Below, piece after piece: positions 13,468 through 26,104 of a DNA stretch of 64,000 bases. Below the pieces are notes generated by a model. That model saw only the letters and a list, made by a program, of their open reading frames with translations. It had not been told where the DNA came from and did no database searches. A program made the position numbers and the translations under genes. The DNA comes from Octopus vulgaris (taxonomy: Eukaryota), in assembly GCA_951406725.2 (NCBI GenBank), contig OX597821.1:99944001-100008000 (forward strand). Reading direction: 5' to 3'. Position 1 is the stretch's first letter; the number at the start of each line of letters is the position of its first letter.

Positions 13468-15425
13468 ATATATATATGTATGTATTGCTTTGTTAAAACA
13501 ATCAAATACTAGGAAATACAGCATTAAAAAACGTATATTTTCTTATCATTTTCCGAAAAGGCTAGCTATTAACAGAATAGATTAGAATTGTTTAAAACAG
13601 GCAGATTACGCACGATTTCGTTATTTAGGTATTTACGTCTTTCTTTCAATGTTTTTAACCTTCTTACTTTGCTTCTTTCTTCCTTTCTTTCTGTCTTTCC
13701 TTCTTTGATCTTGCTTGTATAACACCTTATTGCAAGCTTGCTTCAATATTAAATTACTGACGCATTAACACCAGCCGGTTTAAGGTTTAATGTTTAGTAT
13801 TAAGGTTTTAATGTTTGCGTTGAAGGTATTAAATGTTAGAATTATCATGTAATATGTTGTTATTGCCATCGGAATGAGAAGCCCAACTAAGGGGAAACAG
13901 TAGCTACCTTTCCGTCCATTACTTCTTCTACGCTACTAATACTTGGAAGGTTTGACTGCAAATTAAATCAAATCTTTCTCATGATCTGGTATTTGGGAAG
14001 TCATATAGTACCATGGCTAATTGTCAGCATCTCCGAATATTTGAAGAATGCGGGAGATTCGTTGTACGTGCAAGAAACCGAAAGTTTCGGATAGGGCACT
14101 CACACACTCACACAAACACACGAACACATACAGACACACAAACACACGCACATACACACACATACACACACAGACACACATACGCACGCACACATAGACA
14201 CACGTATATAGGTATATGTGCCCGTACACATACACATATTTAAAGAGATAGATAAGCGATATAAAAATGAGAAATTAGGCAAAAATTAGAAGAACATATA
14301 ACAGACGGAACGAAGGAAAAATTTCCCATCATCAGCTGTCTATCCAGAGATCTTTGCAGTTTGGATCCCTGAAAGCAGAAACGTCAACCGCAGAAACGTT
14401 AACAAACATACCATGAGATATGGTTGTCAGAGACTGATATAGTAGAGATGAGACATTAACGACAAGAATAAGCACAAAGTTAAGTCGTAGCGACTCCGAC
14501 AGAGAAAACACAAAAGGGACGATAAATGTAGAGATAAGACTTAACGAAACGTAGTACAAAAATTTTATAGAACAATCATTTTGGTGTCACTCCAGACTCT
14601 TGCTGATTATGCCAGAAAATAAACATGTCAGGAAATGATGAGCCACTAATTGGATCAATTGATCGAACAACTAAATCGCCATTGCTGACCGTCGGAGATA
14701 ATCCATCATACTATATAATAGATAGATATCGATATATAACCTATTACTATTTTGATTTTGTATTTGATTTGCAAGAATCTGGATGCGCTCCTGAAATATT
14801 TAAAGTGACTGCACTTGAATGTCCATACACGCGTGCACATGAACCGATGTAGTCTGTACACTTGCAGCCCATTTCCAAAGACAAGGCATTAACTATAAAA
14901 TAAATCTATAAATAAATAAATGTTCAACCAATCACACTTTCTATTTAATTTACACAACACGCATACAAGGGTGCAAGCGCGCAGAAACACGTTCTTTTCC
15001 AAACGCTTACAAAATCCCCACCACGAGCAAAAACACATTTCTCACATTCTCACACAAATCCAAATAAGTAATAAATATAGGATGTGAAACTAGGAGACAG
15101 GCAGATCTGGAGCAAAGAAGGCATGTTATTTATGAAATTGCGAATGACAACGAAAATACTCTGACGGACATATCAGTTTGATTGATTGAAGGAAAAATTA
15201 ATCATACAAAAGATTAGCTAATTTATCGAATGGTTAAATAATTAACTACTAATAGTTCGTGAAGTATAATTGCCACTTAAATGTGTCTAACCCTTAAGGG
15301 TGGATGCTACTGTGGCTTGTAGCTCCAGGAGGACACCCCCTCCAGCAGGCTATTGACACACTTTCTGTGCCCTATCAGTATTTGCAAAGGAAGCCATCCT
15401 TCCCATCTCCAACCTGACATTATAT

Positions 15426-15468
15426 ACATGGACCCGAGTTTCTGGGTATTGACCCGTCATCAGCGTGT
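15426..15468 (-). ncRNA. Minimal type-I hammerhead ribozyme motif (Penelope-like element type)
   Basis: ACACG-CUGAUGA-C-GGGU(CAAU)ACCC-A-GAAAC-UCGG-GUC/CAUGU: complete core, GUC cleavage triplet, stem II, and stem I with 4 of 5 pairs. Confidence 0.7.
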
Positions 15469-15741
15469 GACAATCACCGGTTGTCCATGTGAAGTGGTTC
15501 CCAATGCAGATATATATATATACTTTTTCCAGTGATGATAAGTCACTGATCTCGAAAAAGTGGAAACAAGTAATTATAAATCTCTATTAATAGTTCTTTC
15601 GAATTTTGGCACAAAGCCAGCAATTTTATCTCAGGACGTATAACGAATCGAAAGAAATATCGCTAACGATCCCCAAAGAAGTGAAATAGAATCAGCGCAC
15701 GTGTTTTTTATTGTCAAAATATCTGTTCCAAATGCAACAAA

Positions 15742-15849
<108 letters not shown>

Positions 15850-15870
15850 GTAAGTATATATACTTATACA

Positions 15871-16571
15871 TCTATTATATAAAATCTGTTCTCTCTGTCT
15901 GTGTGTCTTCTAGGATCTCGGGCATCCTCCATCCGATTGCGCTCAACTTTGATATGTAGATACCGACGGTATCAGGGCGTGTATAAATTTTGAAAAAATT
16001 ACAAAAATCGATTCCAGGTGAGAATGCGATCGATAAAGGCGTGGGAACGTGCATTTGTACGCGCAAGTACAGCAGCTATTGTGATCGATACTACGTGTAT
16101 GCGACAAAAATGCACGTGCAGTTTGCAGAAAAAGATCATGCTTTTCTATTTAGATTTACCTCCAACTATTCCATTTGCATGCGTCGTTTTTGTCCTGCTT
16201 TTCTTTCCGTCAACCTGTACATAACTGCACCTTCCATTTTTGCTGTTTTTGTACTGCTTAAAGGCACGTTTCTTTCCTGCCAAGCTTACTGTTTAAACCA
16301 TGTTTGTGTTCTCCCAGTCAACAGCCTTATCATTACTGGTACTTTAAACCCTTCCGTTGCATATTTGTGCGAATAAAATCGTTTTGCATTGGACTAGAAA
16401 AAAAAGTCTATCTTTATGTCTTCTTTTGCTGGTGTCTCAAATTTAGGTTAAATCAGTGTTTCTCAAAGGGGAGGCCTATGGGACGGTCGGACAAGTTGTT
16501 TTGGGAAAATTTGGTTTAAATGTTTGACAACTCAGCACCGTCCATTGGACGGGGGGGGGGCGTTTTGCTCG
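15871..16571 (+). mobile_element. Helitron-like non-autonomous element, copy 1
   Basis: A|TC 5' end, 3' hairpin CCGTCCATTGGACGG followed by CTCG|T, no TSD. A second copy at 44274-44831 has the same termini. Confidence 0.7.
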
Positions 16572-17167
16572 TACATATATATGTATGTACACACATACAC
16601 ACATACACACATACACACACACATTCTTTTATTCTTTTACTTGTTTCAGTCATTTGACTGCAGCCACGCTGCAGCACCGACTTGGAGGGTTTTAGTCGAA
16701 GAAATCGAGCTCAGGACTTATTCTTTGCAAGCCTAGCACTTATTCTATCGGGCTCTTTTGCCGAACCGCTAAGTTACGGGAATATAAACACACCAGCATC
16801 GGTTGTAAAGCGAAGACGGGGGGGACAAACACAGATACACAAACGTATTCACACGGACATACATATATATACATATACATATATATACGACGGGGCTTCT
16901 TTCAGTCTCCGTCTACCAAATCCATACACAAAATTTAGGTCGGCCCAAGGCTATAGTAGAAGGCACTTACCCAAGATGCCACGCACTGGGACTGAACCCG
17001 GAACAATGTGGTTGGGATGCAAGCTGCTTACCACACAGTCACGCCTATATTTAGAAGCTACAGGGCTAATAAAAATATGCATATACCTATATATACACAT
17101 ACATACATAAATACATATATATATGCATACATACATACATACATACATACATACATACATACATACA

Positions 17168-17201
<34 letters not shown>

Positions 17202-17387
17202 CATACATATATACATACATACATTCATACATATATAAATACATGCATACATTCATATATACATACAAACAAAAATACCCTGTTGTCGATGTTGAAATTC
17301 TAATGAAGCCTTGGATCTAGGTTAGAAACCGGTTCTTTATTGGTAAGAAATCTTGAAATAAACTGAATAATGACATACATACATACA

Positions 17388-17419
<32 letters not shown>

Positions 17420-17461
17420 GGTATATGTATGAATGTATATGTATGTATATCTATATATCTA

Positions 17462-17632
<171 letters not shown>

Positions 17633-18093
17633 ACACAAAACACTTATAAGGTTATCTAGGCTAAGAATTTATGAAATATATAACCATTGTAGTTATATGT
17701 ATAAACCGCAATGTCTTCCACCCACAGACCATTTACATTTTTGTATCCGTTTTAGTCGTCAGACCAAAAATAGAATTAAGTTACATTCAGAAAGAAAACA
17801 AAACTCAGACGTTGAACTATTGTAATGCATTTCCCCCAATTTACATGACTTCTGGGAGAATAAATATTTTTTGATAATGTCGAATAAGAGCTAAAGAAAT
17901 AGTAGCAGATTGTGCTTCGTTGAAATCTAGTTTGGTATCTAAGTATACAAGTGGAAAAACAAACAATATAGAGAGAAAAACCTTATGAATGCTAGAGACT
18001 TCGGTTTATAATTTCTCTATTGATACGAGATGTATAAACATACACAATGTCCTATAAACGATAGCAACATATAATTAATGTGCGTCTCATGTC

Positions 18094-18152
<59 letters not shown>

Positions 18153-18464
18153 ATATATATGTGTATATATATGTGTATATATATATGTATATATATGTAT
18201 AAGTATGTATATATATATATGTATAAGTATGTATATATACATCTCATGTCGAGCATATATATATATATATGTGTGTATATATATGTATATATATGTATAT
18301 ATATGTGTATATATATATGTATATATATGTATAAGTATGTATATATATATATGTATAAGTATGTATATATATTTGTGTATGTATAATATAGGTATATGTA
18401 ATACATATATATGTATATATATATAAATATATATGTATATGTGTGTGTAAATACACACATACAC

Positions 18465-18510
<46 letters not shown>

Positions 18511-18699
18511 TTATACATATATGTATATGTATGTACATATGTATATGTATCATACATACATTGTACATACATACATTGTACATACATACATATGTATATA
18601 TATATATGAGCGCACATACTATTTCTCTCATATTCTTACTCGAATCGCGATAAATATAAATATAGGACGTCTATTAATGCTAACACATGTCTGTGTAAT

Positions 18700-18735
<36 letters not shown>

Positions 18736-18736
18736 C

Positions 18737-19107
18737 GTTGTGGCACTCCGTCGGTTACTACGACGAGGGTTCCAGTTGATCCGATCAACGGAACAGCCTG
18801 GCTCATGAAATTGACGTGCAAGTGGCTGAGTACTCCACAGACACGTGCACCTTTAACGTAGTTCACGAGGAGATTCAGCGTGACAAGGCTGGTCCATCGA
18901 AATACAGCTACAACAGAAACAGGATGAAAGGCTTCGAGAAAGTTGTGGTGAAAGTGTACAGCAGGGTTCGTCCCAACCCCTTGCGGGAACCTCGTGGGGT
19001 TTTAGATGTTTTTGCTCAATAAACATTCATAGCCCCCGGTCTGGGAATCGAAACCGCGATCCTACGAGCTCGAGTCCACTGTCCTGACTAGGAGGCCATT
19101 GCGCCTC

Positions 19108-19110
<3 letters not shown>
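18737..19110 (-). mobile_element. tRNA-derived SINE (family 3)
   Basis: Head GGAGGCGCAATGGCC...GGTTTCGATTCCC, tail ...GATCGGATCAACTGGAACCCTCGTCG...GACGGAGTGCC. Related pieces at about 19655-19830, 29800-29912, 49210-49560 and 58680-58960. Confidence 0.7.
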
Positions 19111-19143
<33 letters not shown>

Positions 19144-19162
19144 GCACACATACATACATACA

Positions 19163-19196
<34 letters not shown>

Positions 19197-19339
19197 CACA
19201 CATATATATATATATATATATAGATAGATAGATAGATAGATACACATATACATATATACATGTATATATATACATATATACATACATATACATAAATACA
19301 TATACATACATACATATACACACACACATACACACACAC

Positions 19340-19653
19340 AGAGTTTGCGATGGGTAAATTGTCACCATTTTATATTTCTCATTTCGTGCATGCACATTGT
19401 TTGTTTTGATTTTGTCGAGTATACAGTATTGTAGGATCAGTTGGGCACCGTCTGTGAGAAAACCAGCACCATGATGCAATTCACTCAGCCAGAAATTTGG
19501 AATCGACATGCTGTACTTATTGGCATTCGCACCGAAAGCACCAATGCGAACGTTTCATAGTATTTGGGTGTCAATCTGAGAGCAGCGCAGAGGATTCGGA
19601 ATGAGTTGGGTGAGTCTAATGGTGATTACGAAGGTTGGGCAGTTCGGAAAACT
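19340..19653 (+). mobile_element. 5' end of a Tc1/mariner-superfamily element (same family as 187-584)
   Basis: GATGGGTAAATTGTCACCATTTT terminus followed by MMQFTQPEIWNRHAVLIGIR...YLGVNLRAAQRIRNEL (HTH-like start with a stop). Confidence 0.65.
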
Positions 19654-19824
19654 TAACGTAGTTCGCAAGAAGATTCAGCCCTTTTGAAATACTCATTTTT
19701 ACCAGGTGTGTGGACTGGAGCAATGTGAAATAAAGTGTCTTGTTCAAGGACACAACGCGTCGCGGGAATCGAACTCAAAACCTTACGATCATGAGCCGAA
19801 TGCCCTAACCACTAAGCCACGCGC

Positions 19825-19920
<96 letters not shown>

Positions 19921-21062
19921 CAATAATACAGTGATTGTTTCTTATTAGGAACAAAATGTTTAATAAGGAACAAAATGTTTAATAGGACTGCTATAGAAGT
20001 GCTCAATTGACTGAGACAAATATATGAAACTAAAGTATAACTTTAGTTTGATATGTATATATATATACATACACACACATAAACAGGTGTGTACACACAA
20101 GCACACGTATATACACGAGTACAGACACATACACATAAGACTTGTAGAATGGTAAGTTAATTACTAGTTACACAGAAAATATACATTTGCGTAATGGATG
20201 CAGGAAGATAATGTTTACTTTACGAATATTATTTTCATTAAATACCTTGTTTTCAACAAGTTAGTTAATGAAAACAAGGACTTCAATCATATGACATCTC
20301 AGTAGAGAATTCAGCCATGAAGTGAATCACATGTCGTAAATCCACCTCTATTACACTCTCTGTGTTCATGTAGCTGCGAAAATGGCGGTATTTCATTACT
20401 GCAAATGTGTGATTATCCTCACTGCTGCCCTGAAATGTTCGCTGTCGGTGGCTCGAAAAAGTTTCTGAAATCAGTAATCATTGAAAATTATGATTGACTA
20501 CGCATCGCTTCAACAAGGGGCACAGTCATAGTGTGTGTGGGGAGAAAAGAAAACCGCTACTCCTGGCTATAGTACTTCTTCTGTACCCCTGAGACTGTGT
20601 ACAGAAGTGTCGGTATTTCATTACCGTTGATTTGGAGAATTATCCTATCATCAGAACAAGACTATTACATCATTAGTTGTAAACCTGTCAATCGCGTGCA
20701 ACGCAGTCTTGCTCACTAAACACAGTTGCGAGATTAGAACAAGGTTTATTTCGTTTTGTAAGAAAGAGCTGCGCACACTTAACCCTTTGTTTATCCAAAG
20801 CATTTACATAAGTTTGTTTTAAACATCCAGGTTTGTTTTCAGACTTTTGGTTACCCATTCTTTCATACGTTACATACGTCCTGAGTAATATAAAGCTTTC
20901 CTTTCGTAAGTCCAAAGTTACCCTGTTGGTTGAAAGAAAATTAGGAATGTGTATCATGTATGATGCATGGACGCCAGCGAAACTGCTCCAGTGTGTTACA
21001 TAGGACAGGCAAAGAATTAAGACTTACATTCTCACTCTCACACAATATGTCCTGTAGCAAGG

Positions 21063-21518
21063 TTAACCCTTTAATATTCAAACCAGCCATATCAGGCCAA
21101 TATATTCTACCTGTTTTATACACAATCTGATCAGATCATGCCCTACAATGTCATTCTATAAACAAGACAATCACATCATTGAAATCTCATAGCTACAAGA
21201 TAATGTATGATAAATTGAAAGCAACGTAAATAAACATGGCATTCCTTCGATATAACTCGACAAAATCAAAGCATTTTTCCGTGGAAGCAAATGACAGTTC
21301 GATTCTGTTTTCTGCTTGGAAATTTGCGGATATTACATACACACATGAAACAGGCTTTTTTTCTTCAAGTTTAAAATGAGACATTGCTGGCATAATTTCG
21401 TTATATCTATACTCCACAACCCACGGAAATACCCGAAGTGAAATGTTTTGATTTTGTCGAGTTATATCGAAGGAATGCCATAAACATTACATTTGATAAT
21501 CTGAATGCTAACGAGTTA
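21063..21518. mobile_element. piggyBac-like MITE interrupted by a younger MITE
   Basis: Left end TTAA-CCCTTTAATATTCAAA, degenerate right end TCTGAATGCTAACGAGTTA. Confidence 0.5.
21238..21479. mobile_element. MITE with ~39-bp TIRs and an 8-bp TSD (Merlin- or MULE-like)
   Basis: TIR GGCATTCCTTCGATATAACTCGACAAAATCAAA(G/A)CATTT with one mismatch. Perfect TSD ATAAACAT at 21230-21237 and 21480-21487. Confidence 0.85.
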
Positions 21519-21597
21519 TGTTTTGAAAACTGAGCGTGTATGACTCTACAGGAAATTGCCAAAATAGCTGAAGGGATCTCCAGTTGTATGATAATAC

Positions 21598-21990
21598 TAT
21601 CTACTATAGGCACAAGGCCTGAAAGTTGTGGGGAGGCGACTAGTCGATTACATCGACCTTAGTGTTTCACTGGTATTTAATTTATCGACCCCGAAACGAT
21701 GAGCCAAAGTCGACCTCGGCGGAATTTGAACTCAGAACGTAACGACGGGCGAAATATCTATTTCTTTACTATCCACAAGGGGCTAAATACAGAGAGGACA
21801 AACAAGGACAGACAAACGGATTAAGTCGATTATATCGACCCCAGTGCGTAACTGGTACTTATTTAATCGACCCCGAAAGGATGAAAGGCAAAGTGGACTT
21901 TGGTGGAATTTGAACTCAGAACGTAGCGGCAGACGAAATACTGCTAAGCATTTCGCCCGGCGTGCTAACGTTTCTGCCAGCTCGCCGCCT
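21598..21990 (-). mobile_element. Dimeric tRNA-derived SINE family 2 (MetaSINE-like core)
   Basis: Head AGGCGGCGAGCTGGCAGAAACGTTAG...GAGTTCAAATTCC and core GCCTTTCATCCTTTCGGGGTCGATWAAWTAAGTACCAG present twice, with two different tails. Confidence 0.8.
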
Positions 21991-22065
21991 TACAGTTGGA
22001 GAATAATGATATGCTTAAAATCAAGTCGAATCTCTCGTTGTTTCGTCGCAATATCCATCTGTTCT

Positions 22066-22487
22066 AAGGCGGCGAGCTGGCAGAACGTTAGCACGCCGGG
22101 CGAAATGCAGTATTTCGTCAGTCTTTACGTTCTGAGTTCAAATTCCACTGAGGTCGACTTTACCTTTCATCCTTTCGAGGTTGATAGATTACGCACTGGA
22201 GTTGATGTAATCGACTTAACCCCTTTGTCTGTCCTTGTTTGTCCTCTCTATGTTTAGCCCCTTGTGGGCAATAAAGAAACAAGAAACGTTAGCACCCCGG
22301 GCGAGATGCTTTGCGGTATTTCGTCAGTCTTTACGTTCTGAGTTCAAATTCCGCCGCCAAAGTCGACTTTGCCTTTCATTCTTTCGGGGTCGATAGATTA
22401 AGTATCAGTTACACACTGGGGTCGATCTAGTCGACTGGCCCCTATCCCCACAAAATTCCGGGCCTTGTGCCTAGAGTAGAAAAGAAT
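22066..22487 (+). mobile_element. Dimeric SINE family 2, inverted relative to its neighbour
   Basis: Same two-monomer structure, flanked by TSD CCATCTGTTCT (22055-22065 and 22490-22500). Confidence 0.85.
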
Positions 22488-22853
22488 AACCATCTGTTCT
22501 CGTACAAACGAGTCTATGTATTCTCCGTCTAGATACTGCAACATTACAGAGATTTTTCAATGAATTCATGAGAATTTGGAAACATTTGAACAAACCATGT
22601 ATTCCTGATTCTTGAGTTGTTGAATAAATGGGGTTCCCTCATTGACATAAAACTTAAAGCCAAATATCAATTCGCAAACATACTGTGTATGTATTTACAC
22701 GCACAAAGTTGATTCCTATGTTGTGTTGTGAGGCTTCTTAAATTATCTTCGATCTACAATCAGTGGGAAATATTCTATCACGTGTCTTGCCGTTATTAGA
22801 ATATTAAAACAACTGAAGGTATTTACGAACATAGACGCACGCACGCATACACG

Positions 22854-22913
<60 letters not shown>

Positions 22914-23135
22914 CACACTCATACATGTGCAGCTATGTATTAGTGGCATACGATAAAGAAGGACTGTAAAATTAATAACTTCGTTGCTCAAGTGCACACA
23001 TACACACACACACACATACACAATTGTTTATAAGTATATGCATGAGTGTATATATGTATAAATAGAAAAATTATTATTTCTAAATCTCTCAAGGAGAAAC
23101 ATTCAGTAACAGTACTCTAAATAATCTTGACTTTG

Positions 23136-23216
<81 letters not shown>

Positions 23217-23335
23217 ATCTATCTATCTATATAGTGAATAAAAAAACGAAGAAAAACACTAGAAAAAAGCAACAACGCGAGGACGTGGTACATGCAAAGT
23301 ATAAATAAGACGCTCAGGGAAAGGAAAAATTCGTG

Positions 23336-23368
23336 TTTTACGTTTCGAGCAGAGCTCTTCTTCAGAAA
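23336..23368 (-). ncRNA. Minimal type-I hammerhead ribozyme motif within a Penelope-like relic (~23230-23450)
   Basis: UUU-CUGAAGA-A-GAGC(UCU)GCUC-GAAAC-GUA/AAA: intact core and GUA cleavage triplet. Stem III is reduced to the palindrome ACGU, as in dimer-dependent PLE hammerheads. Confidence 0.7.
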
Positions 23369-23508
23369 TAGGAGACAGAGGAAAGTCCAAGAAAAAAGGA
23401 AGACGGAGGAAAAAAATCGCTAACAATCCACATGTATATATATATATATACACATGCATGTACTTATATACATACATTTTGGAATGTATGTATATATATT
23501 GTGAATCA

Positions 23509-23539
<31 letters not shown>

Positions 23540-23540
23540 A

Positions 23541-23583
<43 letters not shown>

Positions 23584-24395
23584 ATGTAATTCATGCTGGT
23601 GTGGGTAAGACAAGATCCGACGATAACGAGGACTGCATTGTGCTGCAATGTGTCCTTTGGTATGGTTTCTACGACTAGATGCCCTTTGTAACACCACTCA
23701 CTTCACAGTGAGTTAGTGTGTTTTTCTTGGCACCCACACTAGTGAGGTCACCATGCAGTCTGCAATACTAAGCTACTTTTTAACTAAGTGGAGATTCAGT
23801 CAAGTGGGCAGCGGTTTATGGGAGTACATGGAGTGTTGGTGGTTACAGTAAGAGAGAAGCTAACAGAACTGAGCAGAGTTTTAGAAGTGAGGGTAAGAAT
23901 AACTGTTCTGGACCTGGAAAGCGATGAAATGGTAGTAATGGGGTGTCAGGTTTGCTTCCCCAAGGACAGGAGGCGAGTATAAACATCAAGAATACTGTAT
24001 ATTCACGGTATTAAGACCTCAATGAATAGCATAAGGTAAAACTGCAATACGTAGATCCAAGTTGAAGGAACTCAAATAAACCCTCTCCTTCACATATGCA
24101 GGGTTGTTCCACTTGGATGTTTTACGTAGTTATAACGTAAAGCAGTTTAAACATTTGTTATTAATATGTACATCAATATATACCGATATTAATATATATT
24201 AATATATTTGTTTCATATTTTGGTACAAGGTCAGCAACCTTGGAGGAGAGTGTCCAACTGGTACTTGTTTTCTCGGCTGTGAAAGGATGAAAGGCAAAGT
24301 GGACCTCGGCGGGATTTTGGACTCGGAATGTAAGGACGGATCAAATGCCTCTAAGCATTTTACCCGGCGTGCTAACGATTCTGCCAGCCCACTGC

Positions 24396-24454
<59 letters not shown>

Positions 24455-24458
<4 letters not shown>

Positions 24459-24777
24459 CAGAAATACCGCCCTCTGGGCGGTTTTCTGCTAGCCGCTTGA
24501 TAATATTTTACCATTTGATTCCCAATTCTAATAATTTATATATTTCGCGTCTAATTATTTCTTTGTATGATAGTGCTCACTTGCTTAGTAAATATTGCTT
24601 TCACTATTTTATCACAGTCATACTCCCACTATTTCAAACAAACATCACGGTAGTCCAACAACAGAGGGAGAAGCAGTTGAAGCAGTTTGTCAAGATTTAC
24701 CTTCCCCTTAAAGCAACATGGAGATTTCAATTCAGCAGCCCATCTATAAGCTTTGCAGTCTGTGTGTGTGTGGGAGA

Positions 24778-24818
<41 letters not shown>

Positions 24819-25130
24819 TGAGAGAAAGAGAGAGAGGGGCAGAGAGAACATTGCAAACAATGAATGAAATAAACATGAAATGAAAAAATAAAAGGGTATT
24901 ACTATAAATGTGTATGCACCCGACTTTGTTCCCTCATAACATCCAGAAAAATTGGTTACTTTTTAACAAAACTTTCTACAAATACCGCTTAGATGTTGTG
25001 GCTTCAGAGTATATAGGGATTTACGGGTAAGAATTTTTCCGAGGGTGTGGAGTGACGAGTTTCGGAAAATTCACACAAACTGACTTTTTCCCCTCATAAC
25101 TTTCAGGAAAATGGGTATATGTAAATGAAG
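24455..25130 (-). mobile_element. Helitron-like element 3' portion
   Basis: Terminal (C/T)TAG next to a GC-rich hairpin ACCGCCC-TCT-GGGCGGT, extended by TAGCAGAAA/TTTCTGCTA. The right boundary is uncertain. Confidence 0.45.
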
Positions 25131-25701
25131 GGCATATATTATGATTATTATTTTCTACTCTCGGCACAAGGCCCTAAATCTTTGGACTGGGGGGGGGGGA
25201 GCAGTTGATTAGACCCCAGTACGCAACTGGTACTTAATTTATCGACCCCGATAGGATGAAAGGTAAAGTCGACTCCGGCGTTATAGAAATTAAAATATTG
25301 GAGAGCCTGGGAAGATCATTGCTGGCATTTATCCACAATGATTTCAAAAAAGTTACGTAAACGATAATTCATTTTAATACCATACTTTTCTGTTAGAAAT
25401 ATTTTTTTCTTACACACACACACGGCTTCGCTTTATTGAGGTGGGGGTGAAAATTTAGATTACAATTTATTTTGTTGTTTATATTCCACTAATGGACCAC
25501 GCGTGTGTTACATCAGTATCATCATTCCATAAAATGTGTTTAATGGGAGAAAAGTATTGAAAAAACATCAATACATGTGAGAGTGAAAACGGTGGGTGGT
25601 TTGGGTAGTGCTAGAAACAACAGCGAAATCTCCTTTGAATTGTTCACCTTTTCCTCTGAAAATATTTACAATTTGTTATTTTTTTACCGAAAAGGCTCCG
25701 C

Positions 25702-25878
25702 AACTACTTAAATATAGAGGTCCCGCTTAAATACACGTCCCGATGCGTCTACGTAACGATATGTTTTTACATTGCACACTCGTTAGGGGCTTAGGGCTAG
25801 TTTTAGGGTTACGTACAAGCGTCAGGACCTCTGTATTTAAGTAGTACCGTTAAGGGGCCTCTGTATTTAAGTATTACC
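25702..25878. mobile_element. Small foldback element with internal TTAGGG-like repeats
   Basis: ACTACTTAAATATAGAGGTCC / GGACCTCTGTATTTAAGTAGT inverted arms (right arm duplicated) around TTAGGGGCTTAGGGCTAGTTTTAGGGTTA. Confidence 0.6.
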
Positions 25879-26018
25879 AGTTTCACTTCAAGATAAAAAT
25901 TTCATTTGTGTCAAAATATTTTCGTCGCTTGAAATCGTGATTTGTTCACTGACAAAACTTCACAAAAGTGATGCAGCACGAAGTTTTGTCAGTGGACAGA
26001 CACAGACACACACAGACA

Positions 26019-26104
<86 letters not shown>

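Noticed and set aside
17290-17345. Hammerhead-like CUAAUGA...GAAAC, its reverse relative at about 26730-26800, and CUGAUGA at about 6609
   Set aside because: The catalytic core is broken (CUGA or GAAA missing), so at most these are dead relics.
20290-20760. Non-repetitive segment examined for an alternative receptor exon
   Set aside because: No frame resembles Cys-loop receptor sequence. It may be noncoding unique DNA, which cannot be judged without alignment.
21598-21990. Recurrent palindromes GTCGAT-TAC-ATCGAC and CAGT-N5-ACTG resembling a CRISPR or att array
   Set aside because: They are internal parts of dispersed SINE copies, with no regular repeat-spacer pattern and no cas genes.
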